Assembly (NCBI GenBank): GCA_049724395.1
Contig: JAUGWO010000141.1
Span: forward strand, 1 to 64,000
Direction: 5' to 3'
DNA length: 64,000 nt
Source: Spongospora subterranea f. sp. subterranea
Taxonomy: Eukaryota
The translations under genes and the position numbers were made by a program. The notes beneath the pieces were generated by a model. That model worked only from the letters and a program-made list of their open reading frames with translations, searched no databases and was not told the origin of the DNA. Each line of letters begins with the position of its first letter. The stretch's first letter is position 1. Below, piece by piece: positions 1 to 11,038 of this stretch.

Positions 1-195
1 TACACTGGAATGTATGTAAAGGAAGGATACACTAAAGTGATGTAGAGCGAGAGGATACACTGAAGTGTATGTGAGGGGAGAAACACTGATGTGTATGTAG
101 AAGAGATACACTGAAGTGTATGTAAAAGAACAAATAACACTGGAGTGTATGTAAAGAAAGGATACACTAAAGTGTATGTAGCGAGAGGATACACT
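1..195 (-). repeat. Palindromic leader array, ~28-bp period (TACACTRRAGTGTA core plus purine-rich spacer on +); runs off the window start
   Basis: About 8 copies of (T)ACACT-NN-(A)GTGTA-TGTA separated by variable A/G tracts; cut at 195/196 by a Copia-A LTR. Confidence 0.9.
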
Positions 196-2761
196 TAAAG
201 GAAATCGATGTCTCCGATGTGAAGGTAATAGAAGAATGAGGTTTATTACTGCGTGGTTATAGCATGTATAGGTGGGAGAATATAGGGGGGAGTGCACTAA
301 TAATCCAAATACAAAGTCCGCACAGTCACTCTTATGTTATGCATTTGCCGTGGTTGCGCCGACTGGGGTACTGACTTTCTTGGAGAATGTCCTACTGGAG
401 GCTGGCAAGTTGTATTCAACACGCCCCCTCAACTTGCTGGCTGTGATACCCATGGCTGTGCGACACCATTTGAACTTGGGAGCGTTCACTGGCTTCGTTA
501 ATCCATCCGCGATCATGGATTCTGTTGGGCAATACTCTACCTCAATAGTCCCTTGTTCAATCTGATCTCGGCAAAAGTGAAAGCGCAGATCAATGTATTT
601 GGTTCTTTTGTCGGTGCGCCTGTTCTTGCTGATGGCGATGCATCCTTGGTTGTCTTCAAAGACTCGGGTGGCTAATTTCTGGCTGAAACCGAGTTTAGTC
701 AGCATTTGACGAATCCATATTACCTCGCGCATTGTTTCGGATAGTGCAATGTACTCGGCTTCTGTTGACGAACATGCGACGATCTTCTGCAATGCACTTC
801 GCCAGGCAATGGCTGATCCAGACATCATCAGAGTATAGCCGCTCGTGGATCTTCTGGAATCTTTGTCTCCGGCCCAGTCACTGTCCGAGAAGGCGATTAA
901 GTGCGGAGGTTGCTTGGCTTGAAAGAATAGTCCGCAGTTAGAGCTCCCCTTGAGATATTTTAGGACACGTTTCGCAGAAGTCCAGTGCTGTTGCCCTGGG
1001 TTGTCCAAAAATCGGCATAACGAGGAGACTGCATGTGAGATATCGGGTCTTGTGCACGTGGCAATCCAATTCAGAGCTCCAACTAGTTCACGGTAGGGTG
1101 TTCCTTGCATATCTTGCATTTGATCGGCACTCGTTGCACACATGTCCTTGTTCAAATAGAATCCTGGTTGTTCTGGAGTGTCAACTGGCTTACAGTCCAT
1201 CATCTGGAATTTTGACAATTGTTCCAAAATATACGTCTCCTGGTCAAGTAGGATACCGTCGTTGCTGCTTGAAACCCTCATTCCTAGTAGCCGTTTCGGT
1301 TCACCTAGGTCCGTAATTGGAAAGCGATTTGATAGTTGTGCAACGATTCCTTCCGCAAGAACAGGACAATTGTGAGCCAACAGCAGATCGTCAGTTGACA
1401 GTGACATGATAATCATATCTTCTGTTGACCGCATAACGTAGACGCAAGCATCAGAACTGAGTCGTTTGAAACCGAGGTCTTTGGTGATGAATAGATTGAT
1501 GGTATTGTTCCAGACAAGTCCAGCCTGCTTCAGACCGTAGAGACTTTCTTCAGGCGGCACACCAGGCTTGGATCATGAGAAATATAGCCTTTGGGTTGAA
1601 CCATGTATATTTCTTCGTGAAGTTCTGCTTGCAAGAATGCTCCGACGACGTCTAGCTGTCTCAATTTCAGTTTCAATGATGCAGCAAGTGCAAATACCAA
1701 TCGGACAGAGGCGAGATGCGCCACTGGAGAGAATGTCTCGTCGAAGTCGATTCCTGGTCGCTGTGAGTAGCCTTTAACAACTAGTCTAGCCTTGAATTTG
1801 TTTACGAGTCCCTTCTCGTCTGATTTGACCTTGAATACCCATTTGTTTTGAATAGCGTTGCGTCCGCTAGGAAGTCTGACAAGTTCCCAGGTTTTGTTGT
1901 GTTGTAAGCTGTCAAATTCCGCTTTTGTGGCTGCTGCCCATTCCTTGCAAAACTCGTTCTCTGAATCCAATGCTTCGCTGATCGACTTCGGGATCGTGAC
2001 CTGAGTGGCTCGCAGAGTGTGATTGTTTCGCTGTTGCACCAGCATGGCTGCAGGTGCCTTCCACCATTCCCCCGGAGCACGGCGTGTTCTTGCTCCTCGA
2101 GCATTATTTGATTGGTGACAAGATGAACTCGAACTTTCGCTGGGTGTACTCAGGGATGAGGATTCGAGGTGTGATGAAAGAATGCGGTCACTGTCCTCTG
2201 GGGGCGGAATCGTCTGTTGAAGGAATGAGGTCACCGTCGTCAGGAGCGGGATCATCGTTGTTTGGTGGGACCTGGGGAGGATTGTCTGAAAAAATGTCGC
2301 CAAGGTGTAATTGGATAGTGTTGTCATCAATCTGGTCCAAGGTTTCCCGTGTGAAAGAGTTCTCGTCGAAGACAGCGTCAGTGAACCGAGTGGCAGTAAT
2401 TTTGTTGGTAGAGCTGCAATAAAAGAGATAACCTTTCTGTTCCATGGCGTACCCGATAAATGTTACCATTGAGCTTCTTGGTTGTAGCTTGCGATGCAGC
2501 TGGTTTGGAAGGTGGATGTACGCATCGCAACCGAACGTTCGCAGGTGCATTAGGTCTGGTTTCTTATTGTGCCAGGCTTCGAATGGAGACATGTGTTCCG
2601 ATAGGTGACTGTGGGGCCTGCCATTGAGGAGATAAACGGCTGTACAAACAGAGGCTGTCCAGAAGTTTTGCTTTAAGTTTGCACCGAATCGTATGCTCTC
2701 TGCGCAGTCCATGATTGTGCGATTCAGTCTTTCGATCATCCCATTTTGCTCTGATTGATAC
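196..2761 (-). mobile_element. 5'-truncated copy of Copia family A (integrase C-half, RT, RNase H, PPT, 3' LTR at 196-421)
   Basis: ORFs 2188-2739, 1530-2330 and 337-1560 nearly match the 11039-15196 polyprotein apart from two frameshifts and a short in-frame deletion; LTR is the reverse complement of 15109-15337 with a few changes. Confidence 0.95.
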
Positions 2762-3044
2762 TGAACAAGAAATGTATATAAAGAAGAGAAACACTGACGT
2801 GTATGTAAGGGAGAGATACACTGGAGTGTATGTAAAGAAAGGATACACTAAAGTGTATGTAGCGAGAGGATACACTAAAATGTATATAAAGAAGAGAAAC
2901 ACTGAAGTGTATGTAAAGGAAACGATACACTAAAGTGTATGTAGAGAAATGATACACTGAAGTGTATGTAAAGGAAGGATACACTAAAGTGAATGTAGAG
3001 GAAAGATACACACAAGTGTATGTCAAGAAGGTACACCTGAGTGA
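2762..3044 (-). repeat. Palindromic leader array, ~28-bp period, same family as 1-195
   Basis: About 10 TACACTRRAGTGTA-type units; the ~59-bp block at ~2818-2876 is identical to ~137-195. Confidence 0.9.
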
Positions 3045-3190
3045 TCTTCTAAAGTGGTAGGACGGTAGTCGAACTGGGCTAAGGTACCCGAAATCTCTCA
3101 GACAATTTAATGCCTGGCCTTTATTAATGGAGAAAAGCAGCGGTTATTTATTGACATCTCGTCAGATATAAATACAAACTCCGTGGTGCT
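3045..3190 (-). mobile_element. Probable leader and LTR fragment of another Copia (family D) that owns the 28-bp array
   Basis: Minus-strand AATAAA signals and a short match to LTR-A (AAATACAAA-TCCG); lies just 5' of the array on the minus strand. Confidence 0.4.
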
Positions 3191-3499
3191 CAGCAGTTAT
3201 GGGACCTCACTTCACACAGGGCATCATATTGAATTAAATAGAACCTCGTATTTCAGCATTCATTTGTATATACACTTTGGTGTTCATTTGTATATACACT
3301 TAGGTGTTCATTTGTATATACACTTAGGTGTTCATTTGTATATACACTTAGGTGTCCATTTGTATATACACTTAGGTGTACATTTGTATATACTCTCAGG
3401 TGTACATTGTATATACATCCATCATGATGCCCACGGTCTATAACATCAATAAGCTCGAAGGATCCGACGATTTCCCTATCTGGAAGCGTCGTATGATGG
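3190..3499 (+). mobile_element. 5' fragment of Copia family B (LTR end, iMet-half-type PBS, array, gag start)
   Basis: ...CAGCA followed by GTTATGGGACC (3196-3206); gag start MMPTVYNINKLEGSDDFPIWKRRMM at 3424 nearly matches the ORF at 15357; interrupted by a Gypsy at 3500. Confidence 0.85.
3259..3416 (+). repeat. 24-bp tandem array in the Copia-B leader (TACACTTAGGTGTTCATTTGTATA)
   Basis: Six near-identical units between the PBS and the gag ATG; each has ACAC-N4-GTGT, with a TGTATATACA palindrome across unit junctions. Confidence 0.92.
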
Positions 3500-6400
3500 T
3501 GTACAGAACTGCAGCCCCAATGCACTTACGGACCTACTTAAGCTACCGAATAAAAGCAGTTCTGTTTATTATTGCCAACCTAATAGTCAGCCGGACCCTG
3601 CACAAAACGATTTAAGGCAGACTACCTGGCATCTAGCTTTGCCAGACGAACTTGCAAACAGGCGACAAACCCACGCCCCGAAGTTCATGGCCCAAACCAG
3701 GAGCATGGACGCCGACTCCGATCAGGGTGCCAACCCGGCCTATCCACAACCAGAATCCATAGCCGAGCATGTCATAGCCGGCCAGACACCAATATTTTTT
3801 CCCTTAAAACCACCGATCATCAAGGCTTTTGACCCCAAGGCGATCGCTGTATTTCGCCGAGAACGCGAATCGTATCTGGCACTAATCACAAAACGGATGG
3901 AATTACATGGCGACAAAGTCCAACCCGTCTCACTGAAAAGTAGCTTTGACTTAAGCAAACTCAAAGCAATATCCAAATATGTTTTAAAAAAGCCAGTTGA
4001 CCAGCTTACGGATTCAGACCTTGATGTGTACCTTAAGAAGCTGCAAGAACAAGCGACTGAGCATTGCCATGAAGATATCGAGGCTACCATTAGGAAACAA
4101 ATCATCATGAACCTGTCACTCAAAAACCCTGCGGAACGAGTTCTAGCTTATTTCGCCAAACTTGACGATTTTATTGCAGATAACGGCCTAGAGCATGTGT
4201 TCAAGGACGACGAAGGAATCAAGCTAAAAATTAAATACCTACGTGCCGGAGTTCGACCAGCAACCCTACACGACATGATTGAGCACGCGATCTCATTTGG
4301 CGACCATCAAAAGGCGAAAAGCGATGAAGCTGATTTTTTTGACTTGCTCACATCAAAAGCGAAACAACAGCATGAAGTACACCAACTGACTGAACGACAG
4401 AAAAGTCGCACGATGAAAACTATCGAAAAGTCCAAATCGTTGAAACCGAACATGCCGAATTTACAACCGAATAATAGCGTAATCTCAGCTGCGTCACTGA
4501 AGCGATATGGCAGTCGAGACCCTCCAGATGGTGGTTGTCTACATTGTGGCGGAAAACATTGGCTACAAGTATGCACTAAATGTACCCCTGAGGAGCGCAA
4601 AGCCGCGTTCGATAAGCTGAACCTCACTAAAGCAAATATGCAGTCTAAGAAACTTGTCCCAACATCTGATTATTGCGTTAGTAACCGTGTGCTGATTCAG
4701 GATAAGATTCACCTCCCGTTCGAATTGGACGATGGGTCTTATAAGACTACTATCTGCCGCCGGATGTTAGATATGGTTACTGATAAAGTTCCAGTCATGA
4801 TTCAAACAATCACGCCACCACTAAAGTGCAAACTAGCTACAAGCGATAGTTTTGCAACAATCAGGCAAGTGGCATATTTAGATTTGACGTTATCAACAAA
4901 AGCAGGTACCGTAAATTTCCGGTCAACTGCTGTTAACGTCGTGGACGAAAAGTCATGGAGACTGTTCTTATTGGAAAGCCGGAACTACGAAAGCTAGGAA
5001 TCGATCCCGAACTCCTGCTGGACGAGATCCTCAAAGAAGCCAGCGAAAACAACATTACTATTGGCCCAGATCCACATGAACCCGCTGACAGTGATCGCGC
5101 ACCGATTCAGTCAAAGCGAATGACCGAACAAGATTCTGAGTATCCTGAACCTGGATTTGATTACATTATTCCAATAGGAGATGAGGATAAGTTTGAGACT
5201 GATTTAGCTATCAAGAATATGGTGGATAGAGCGATAAAGAGTGGTATACCAGCAACGCGCAATGAACTTACTACGTTAGTTTCAAGATATGATATTTGGC
5301 GTACGAGTCTTGGAAACGATCCTCCCGCTAAAGTTTCTGCTCAGAAGCTACATCGTAAACCTGGTGCAACGCATTTTCACTGTAAGCTCAGTCGATATCC
5401 TATTCCATACCAAGAATTCATGCATGCGCATACAAATGCACTTGAAAAGAATAATTATATCTACAGAAACCCACAGAGTCGAGACGCTTCCGCCGCCCTG
5501 AGTTATTCCAAAACCGGACAAAAGAGGTTATAGGATGACAGTCGACACTGTGGAAATCAACAAGCAGATCGAGCCTATTATCTGGCCCATGCCTCATATA
5601 GACATCATTCTAGGTTATCTTCGTGATGCTACATCGTATATCTTATTAGATTGTTTTAAAGGCTATTGGCAGTTCCCATTGCACTTAGACTCCCAAGAAA
5701 TGTGTTCTTTCATGACGCACGAAGCAATATTCACACCGCGTCGCTTAATTCAAGGGATCATTGACTCAGTTGCAACATTTCAATCAGGGATGCAACAAGT
5801 TTTGGGAGATTTATTGTACAAATGCGCTCTCTTATGGCTTGACGATGTACTAGCATATGCAAACAAGAATTCTCCAATGACACATATGATTGTGCTCAGC
5901 AAAGTCCTTCTCGAAATGGCGAAAAGAGGTATCAAATGTAATCCCGATCGATGCAATCTTTATGCCGAAACAGTCAAATGGGCTGGTCATAACATTTCGC
6001 CTGAAGGAGTCACATATGACAATTCTTTTATTCAAGCTCTTTTGGACATGCAGCCCCCAATTCATGGCGATGACCTACAACAATTCGTCTGTGCCCTAAA
6101 CTGGATTCGGAAGAGTATACCTAATTTCAATGAACTAACACATCCTCTCCTCAAGATCTCCTCCTGACAACTACACGAACGGTGCAAAGCAGTAAGAAAA
6201 CCGTGCTGCGACGTATCCGATTAGCAGATATTGGATGGAATGCATCACACCAAGAATCTTTCAAAATGATAAAGGAATGTGTTGCTGGTCTTACGAGGCT
6301 TGCTCATCCGAAAAGCGACTGGTTAACAAGCTTATTTCCCGATGCTTCTCAAGATTTTTGGTCGGCTGTCCTGACACAGATTCCTCCTGAAGATATAAAT

Positions 6401-7547
6401 CTACCGCTCACCGAATAACGACACGAATTGCTAGCATGCCTTTCTGGCACTTTTCGCGCTAATAGCCTCAGATGGGCTATCATAGAAAAAGAAGCGTATC
6501 CTATTATCGAAGGTATATTCCGCCTTCGTCATTTCTTGATAGGATCGAACCCGGTCCGAATTCATACGGATCATCGGAACTTAATGTATATATTCAACCC
6601 AAATGAAGCGCTGCACCAATGTCGCGTGGCATACTGCGGACCGACTTGAGCGATGGCAACTCCAACTTGCAAACATTCCTTACATCATTGAACATGTTGA
6701 AGGAAACGAGAATGTTTGGGCAGATCTTTTTACTCGATGGGGAAAGTCAAAAATATCTATTGACGCTCAACTTAAAGCATTCAAGGCCCCAATCCTCATT
6801 CAACCCATTTCGAAGAATTTCATCTGGCCATCTTTGCATGAAATTGCTACAGTTCAAGCAACGTATCTGTCTCATTGTGATGCTCAACACCTACCTAACA
6901 TCTCGATCGATAATCAATCACTGCTGTGGGATGGTAGCGACCAGATATGGAAAACCGCTGACGGAAAGTTGTGGATCCCAACTAATTCAGGTTCCAATCT
7001 TCGTCTCCGAATTTCCATAATTGCACACAGCGGCCTATCAGGTCATCAAGCTAAAGAACCAACACTCAAATCTATCGAATCATTTTTTTGGTGGAAAAAC
7101 AAGAAGGAATTCGTTTCTAGCGTAGTTGAACGCTGTATCCATTGTGTTCGCCTGGTACTACAGTCTTGCATCCAGACCCAACCAGGTCATCCACTACGAT
7201 TTTTTATTTATAGGAAAAGTACCGAAAAACCATTCACATTCTTTCGAGTACGTCCTGGTGTTAAAAGACGATATAAGTCAATTTATTGAATTGATCCCCT
7301 GCGAATCAGCCGATCATCACGTTACAGTTCATGGACTCATAGATTGGTTCAAGAGATTCGGAATCGTCTTTACCCATGTATCAGACCAAGGCACACACTT
7401 TAAGAACCAAGTGGTGTCCGATGTATGCTCAAGACTTCACATTAGCCATCATTTCACTACAGCTTATACTCCTTGGGCAAACGGATCAGTAGAAGTTGTC
7501 AACAGGCTGCTCCTATTTGTTCTACGTGCCCTTATCTCCGAGTTCCG
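3500..7547 (+). mobile_element. Decayed Ty3/Gypsy element (putative short LTR 3500-~3604, gag, protease, RT, RNase H, partial integrase)
   Basis: Zn knuckle CLHCGGKHWLQVC, LDCFKGYWQF, WLDD, DAS, EKEAYPI, HTDHRNL, VSDQGTHF, ANGSVE; several stops and frameshifts; begins with TG inside Copia-B gag. Confidence 0.92.
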
Positions 7548-7940
7548 ATGGTGGGGGCAGGTCCCATTCGATGTGGTCGTTAGGACAGGAACGATGTTGA
7601 TTGGAAGAAGCAAATAGAAGAATGAGTTTATTAGAAAACGAGGGGGTCTGATATACAGAGCTAGATATTATTGTCTCAGTCGGAAAAGGGCGCGGGATTT
7701 CTCTGTCCATCCATCTCGTTAACCCCAGTCGGGAAAAAGGCGCGCTAATCGCGCGCCAAAATCCGTCGCACGATAGAAGCTGCGCTACAGGGTTGCTCCT
7801 CAGGAGGCCGCTCATTAAGAGGCCGCGTCGAGTCTTCATCAATATCGGATGTACGTGACAGTGGGCCAATACGACCAGTTTGGGCCAGTACAGCCAATGG
7901 GCCAGTACGACAGGTTGGCGACGTGGTTTGAACTTCAACA
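7548..7940 (-). mobile_element. Solo-like LTR of Copia family C
   Basis: Starts TGTTGAAGTTC on minus; the ~105-bp and ~42-bp ends match the LTR at 8788-9152; has a minus-strand AATAAA. Confidence 0.75.
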
Positions 7941-7944
7941 CAGT

Positions 7945-8270
7945 TTCCCTCCTATAAATCCTCGACATATTTGTTGATATGTTCTGTATGGTATGAGGTA
8001 TTTTCTCATTTCTCGTACCAGTTTACATCTTTCCTTATTATATTGGCCACTTCTGTCAGTTGAATCGTGAAAGTTAAGTGGTTATTTTCGTTATTGGAGT
8101 TTAGCGTTGCTCCGAGGTATTGCACTGTTTTTGTTGTCTTGATCGTCTGTCCATATTTAGTCAATTTGTCTGTGGGTGAGTATTTATTGAATAGAATGTT
8201 TGCTTTGAGCCATTGGATTTGATCCTGTTGTCTTTTGTTGTTTTTGTGATTGAGTTCGCACTTTTCATGC
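7945..8270 (-). pseudogene. Non-LTR (LINE-like) reverse transcriptase fragment
   Basis: Manual translation gives GQTIKTTKTVQYLGATLNS, like the LINE RT YLG motif; A-rich coding strand. Confidence 0.55.
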
Positions 8271-8271
8271 A

Positions 8272-8345
8272 GGTGGGAGCCGTTCGAAAACCTGAAAGAT
8301 GATGTTCCCGTTCTTCTGAAAAACTTTTTACAGGCAACCCGGTCC
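8272..8345 (+). pseudogene. Gypsy chromodomain C-terminal remnant
   Basis: Translates WEPFENLKDDVPVLLKNFLQ, similar to WEPLKNMLEDVPAM in ORF 16811-19240. Confidence 0.6.
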
Positions 8346-8787
8346 CTCGGATATAGGGCGAAGATTAACTTTTTATGGCTCTCGCCTCAAAAGCTCCCCC
8401 TAGTAGCAAGCTCGCACTCGCAATAGATACCTTCGCTGAATGTTCTGCAATCTGACCGACATTTGATAGTGTGAGGTTGATCCCATAACCTGACTCACTA
8501 AAACCCCCTTACCATTAAGACACTGGGGAAATTCCCTGTACGGAATACCACAATGCCTTGAACCTGCTTGGTTCCTGTCTGTCCCTGTTGGTGGCAGGCA
8601 TGTCCGAATGAGTGTTAGGCATGAGTTCGAAACCCCGTGAGTGGTGGAATTTTGGGAGACCACCCAAGGTTGCATCCATTACGGAAAAGTAGAGTGAATG
8701 TTGAACACGAAGGTCTGACCACGTCGCCCCTAATGAATGTGGGAGAGCGAGCTGCTTGCAGTAAACTCGGAAACTCTGGATAGGCAA

Positions 8788-10003
8788 TGTGATTAGGTGG
8801 GGGCAGGTCCCATTCGATGTGGTCGTTAGGACAGGTTATGTTGCTGAATCCAGCTGGTCTAACAGGTTCCTTCAGTGGACACCCAAGCTACTTGTAGCGG
8901 TCAGGCGGAAGTTGGGAAAACCTGGTAGTACACAGGCTTACTCAGCCCATAAGAGCCCGCGAACCTTTGTATACCATACCATACCAATGCCTTGAACCCA
9001 AGTCGCATCATTACAAATCAACTGTCTATTTTTCCAGAGGTTCGTTTTCATCAATATCGGATGTACGTGACAGTGGGCCAATACGACCAGTTTGGGCCAG
9101 TACAGCCAATGGGCCAGTACGACAGGTTGGCGACGTGGTTTGAACTTCAACACGTCCCCTCAAACCATGTGCCTTGTTGGTCACCAATCTTTTGCTCAGT
9201 TTTGTGAATGTTGCGCCTGAAGTTGGTTTAGTGAAAATATCTGCGATCATCTCGGCTGTTGGCATGAACTGGACTTGAATCTGGTTGTTGTGAACCATCT
9301 GTCTCACGAAATGGTGTTTTGCATCAATGTGTTTTGTTCGCGCGTCGGTTCTGTTGTTGCCGCTGAAAGATATGCATCCTTGTTTATCGTCGTAAATGAC
9401 AGTTGCGGCTGGTTCTGGGCGCTCAAGTTCGAACAACAGTTGGCGGATCCATTTGGCTTCGCTTGACGCACCACATAATGCAATATACTCGGATTCAACA
9501 GACGATAAGGCTGTTGAGGGTTGCAATTTGGATTTCCAAGAGATTGGGGCACCATGAAAAGTGAAAACGAAACCAGTTGTGGATCTCCTCGTGTCCGGGT
9601 TACCGGCCCAGTCTGCGTCGCTGTAGCCATAGAGTCCGGCGGGATTCTTTGCAGAGCCTGCTGTAAATTTCAGGCCGTGGTCCGATGTCCCTGCCAAAAA
9701 TCGGAGTACTCTCTGTGCTGCCGTCTAGTGCTGCCGCCCGGGGTTGCTTATAAATCTACATAAGGTTCCGACCGCGCATGCAATGTCGGGTCTTGTGGGT
9801 GTGGCTAACCAGTTTAAACTGCCGACAAGCTCAGAACACGGCACCAGTTTCATGTTGGCTCGCTCTTGGTCGGTGGTAGGGCTCATGTTCGTACTGAGGT
9901 AGTATCCTGGTTGATGTGGAGTGTGGGCGGATTTGCAAAGATTCATATTGAATCGAAGGAGTAATTCATCAACGTAGTCTTGCTGGTGCTTAAAAATATT
10001 GAT
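8788..10003 (-). mobile_element. 3' part of Copia family C (RT end, RNase H, PPT, 3' LTR ~8788-9152)
   Basis: TRPDIA, YSDADWAG, RRSTTG, ESEYIA, KHID, ADIFTK; PPT TTGAGGGGACG directly before TGTTGA. Confidence 0.9.
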
Positions 10004-10057
10004 CCTGTTGCCCCATCACGCAATAACTGCATACCAATCCTCCCTACACTTGACGGG

Positions 10058-10454
10058 ATGAGGGGGGCTGTTACGACACGACACATCCCGCCTATTGTGG
10101 TCTTACCGCAGCCTCCAGTAACATCATCGGCGCGGCCTCTGGTAACATCATCGGTGCGGCCTCCAGCGGTGCGGCCTCCAGTAACATCATCGGCGTGGCC
10201 TCCAGTAACATCATCGGCGTGGCCTCCGGTAACATCATCGGTGCCGCCTCCAGCGACGATGCTGCGACCTCCTATACATTAGAGATCTTCTAGAGGACCT
10301 ATGCTCATCCCAACTGTGGAAACATAACTAATTAGTTATGTTTCGCAGTGGGGATGAGCATAGGGAAATGTTACTAATTCAACATGGAGCTAATGTTACA
10401 ATCATATTTCCTGAGCTTCATTCACCCTAATAAATTTATTCTGATATTCATCAT
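10058..10454 (+). mobile_element. PPT and probable LTR fragment of a further LTR element, with internal 24-bp repeats
   Basis: GAGGGGGGC followed by TGTTAC at 10069; about 6 GCCTCCAGTAACATCATCGGYGYG units at 10111-10255; AATAAA near 10429. Confidence 0.55.
10298..10364. repeat. 67-bp near-perfect palindrome
   Basis: CCTATGCTCATCCCAACTGTGGAAACATAACTAA pairs with TTAGTTATGTTTCGCAGTGGGGATGAGCATAGG, with about 2 mismatches, one bulge and no spacer. Confidence 0.9.
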
Positions 10455-10683
10455 TGTTGAATACAACTTGCCAGCCTCCAGTACGGACATTCTCCAAGAA
10501 AGGTGCGTACCCCCAGTCGGCGCAACCACGGCAAATGCATAACATAAGAGTGACTGTGCGGACTTTGTATTTGGATTATTAGTGCACTCCCCCCTATATT
10601 CTCCCACCTATACATGCTATAACCACGCAGTAATAAACCTCATTCTACTATTACCTTCACATCGGAGACATCGATTTCCTTTA

Positions 10684-10697
10684 GATTAACAGTCGAA
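10684..10697 (+). promoter_or_regulatory. Primer-binding site complementary to a tRNA-Asn(GTT)-like anticodon arm
   Basis: GATTAACAGTCGAA directly follows the 5' LTR; its reverse complement is TTCGA-CT-GTT-AA-TC. Confidence 0.7.
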
Positions 10698-10723
10698 TTG
10701 CCACCTCATCAGGCCCCTACGTA

Positions 10724-10979
10724 TACACTTCAGTGTATCTTCTCACCACTGCACACATACACCTCAGTGTATATTTCTACCAGCTTGTACATACACCTTA
10801 GTGTATCTTTTTCACCACTGCATACATACACCTCAGTGTATATTTTTCACCACTGCACACATACACCTCAGTGTATATTTCTACCAGCTTGTACATACAC
10901 CTTAGTGTATCTTTTTCACCACTGCATACATACACCTCAGTGTATATTTTCTACCAGTTCATACGTACACTTTAGTGTA
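10724..10979 (+). repeat. Palindromic leader array of Copia-A, ~35-bp period
   Basis: Eight TACACYTYAGTGTA cores separated by 20-21 bp spacers of two or three recurring types. Confidence 0.95.
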
Positions 10980-11038
10980 TATTTCTCGTTATTCCCACAC
11001 TTTCTCTTCTCCGCACCTCTACTTCAACTTCAGTTGCG

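Noticed and set aside
2564..3525. ORFs with YT/HLY repeats (also 10698-11042 and 9980-10282)
   Set aside because: They are translations of tandem arrays, with no sign of real coding.
10724..10979. CRISPR array (palindromic repeats with spacers; also 1-195, 2762-3044 and 3259-3416)
   Set aside because: Spacers are short and recur or are related to each other, no cas genes are present, and the context is a eukaryotic retrotransposon leader.
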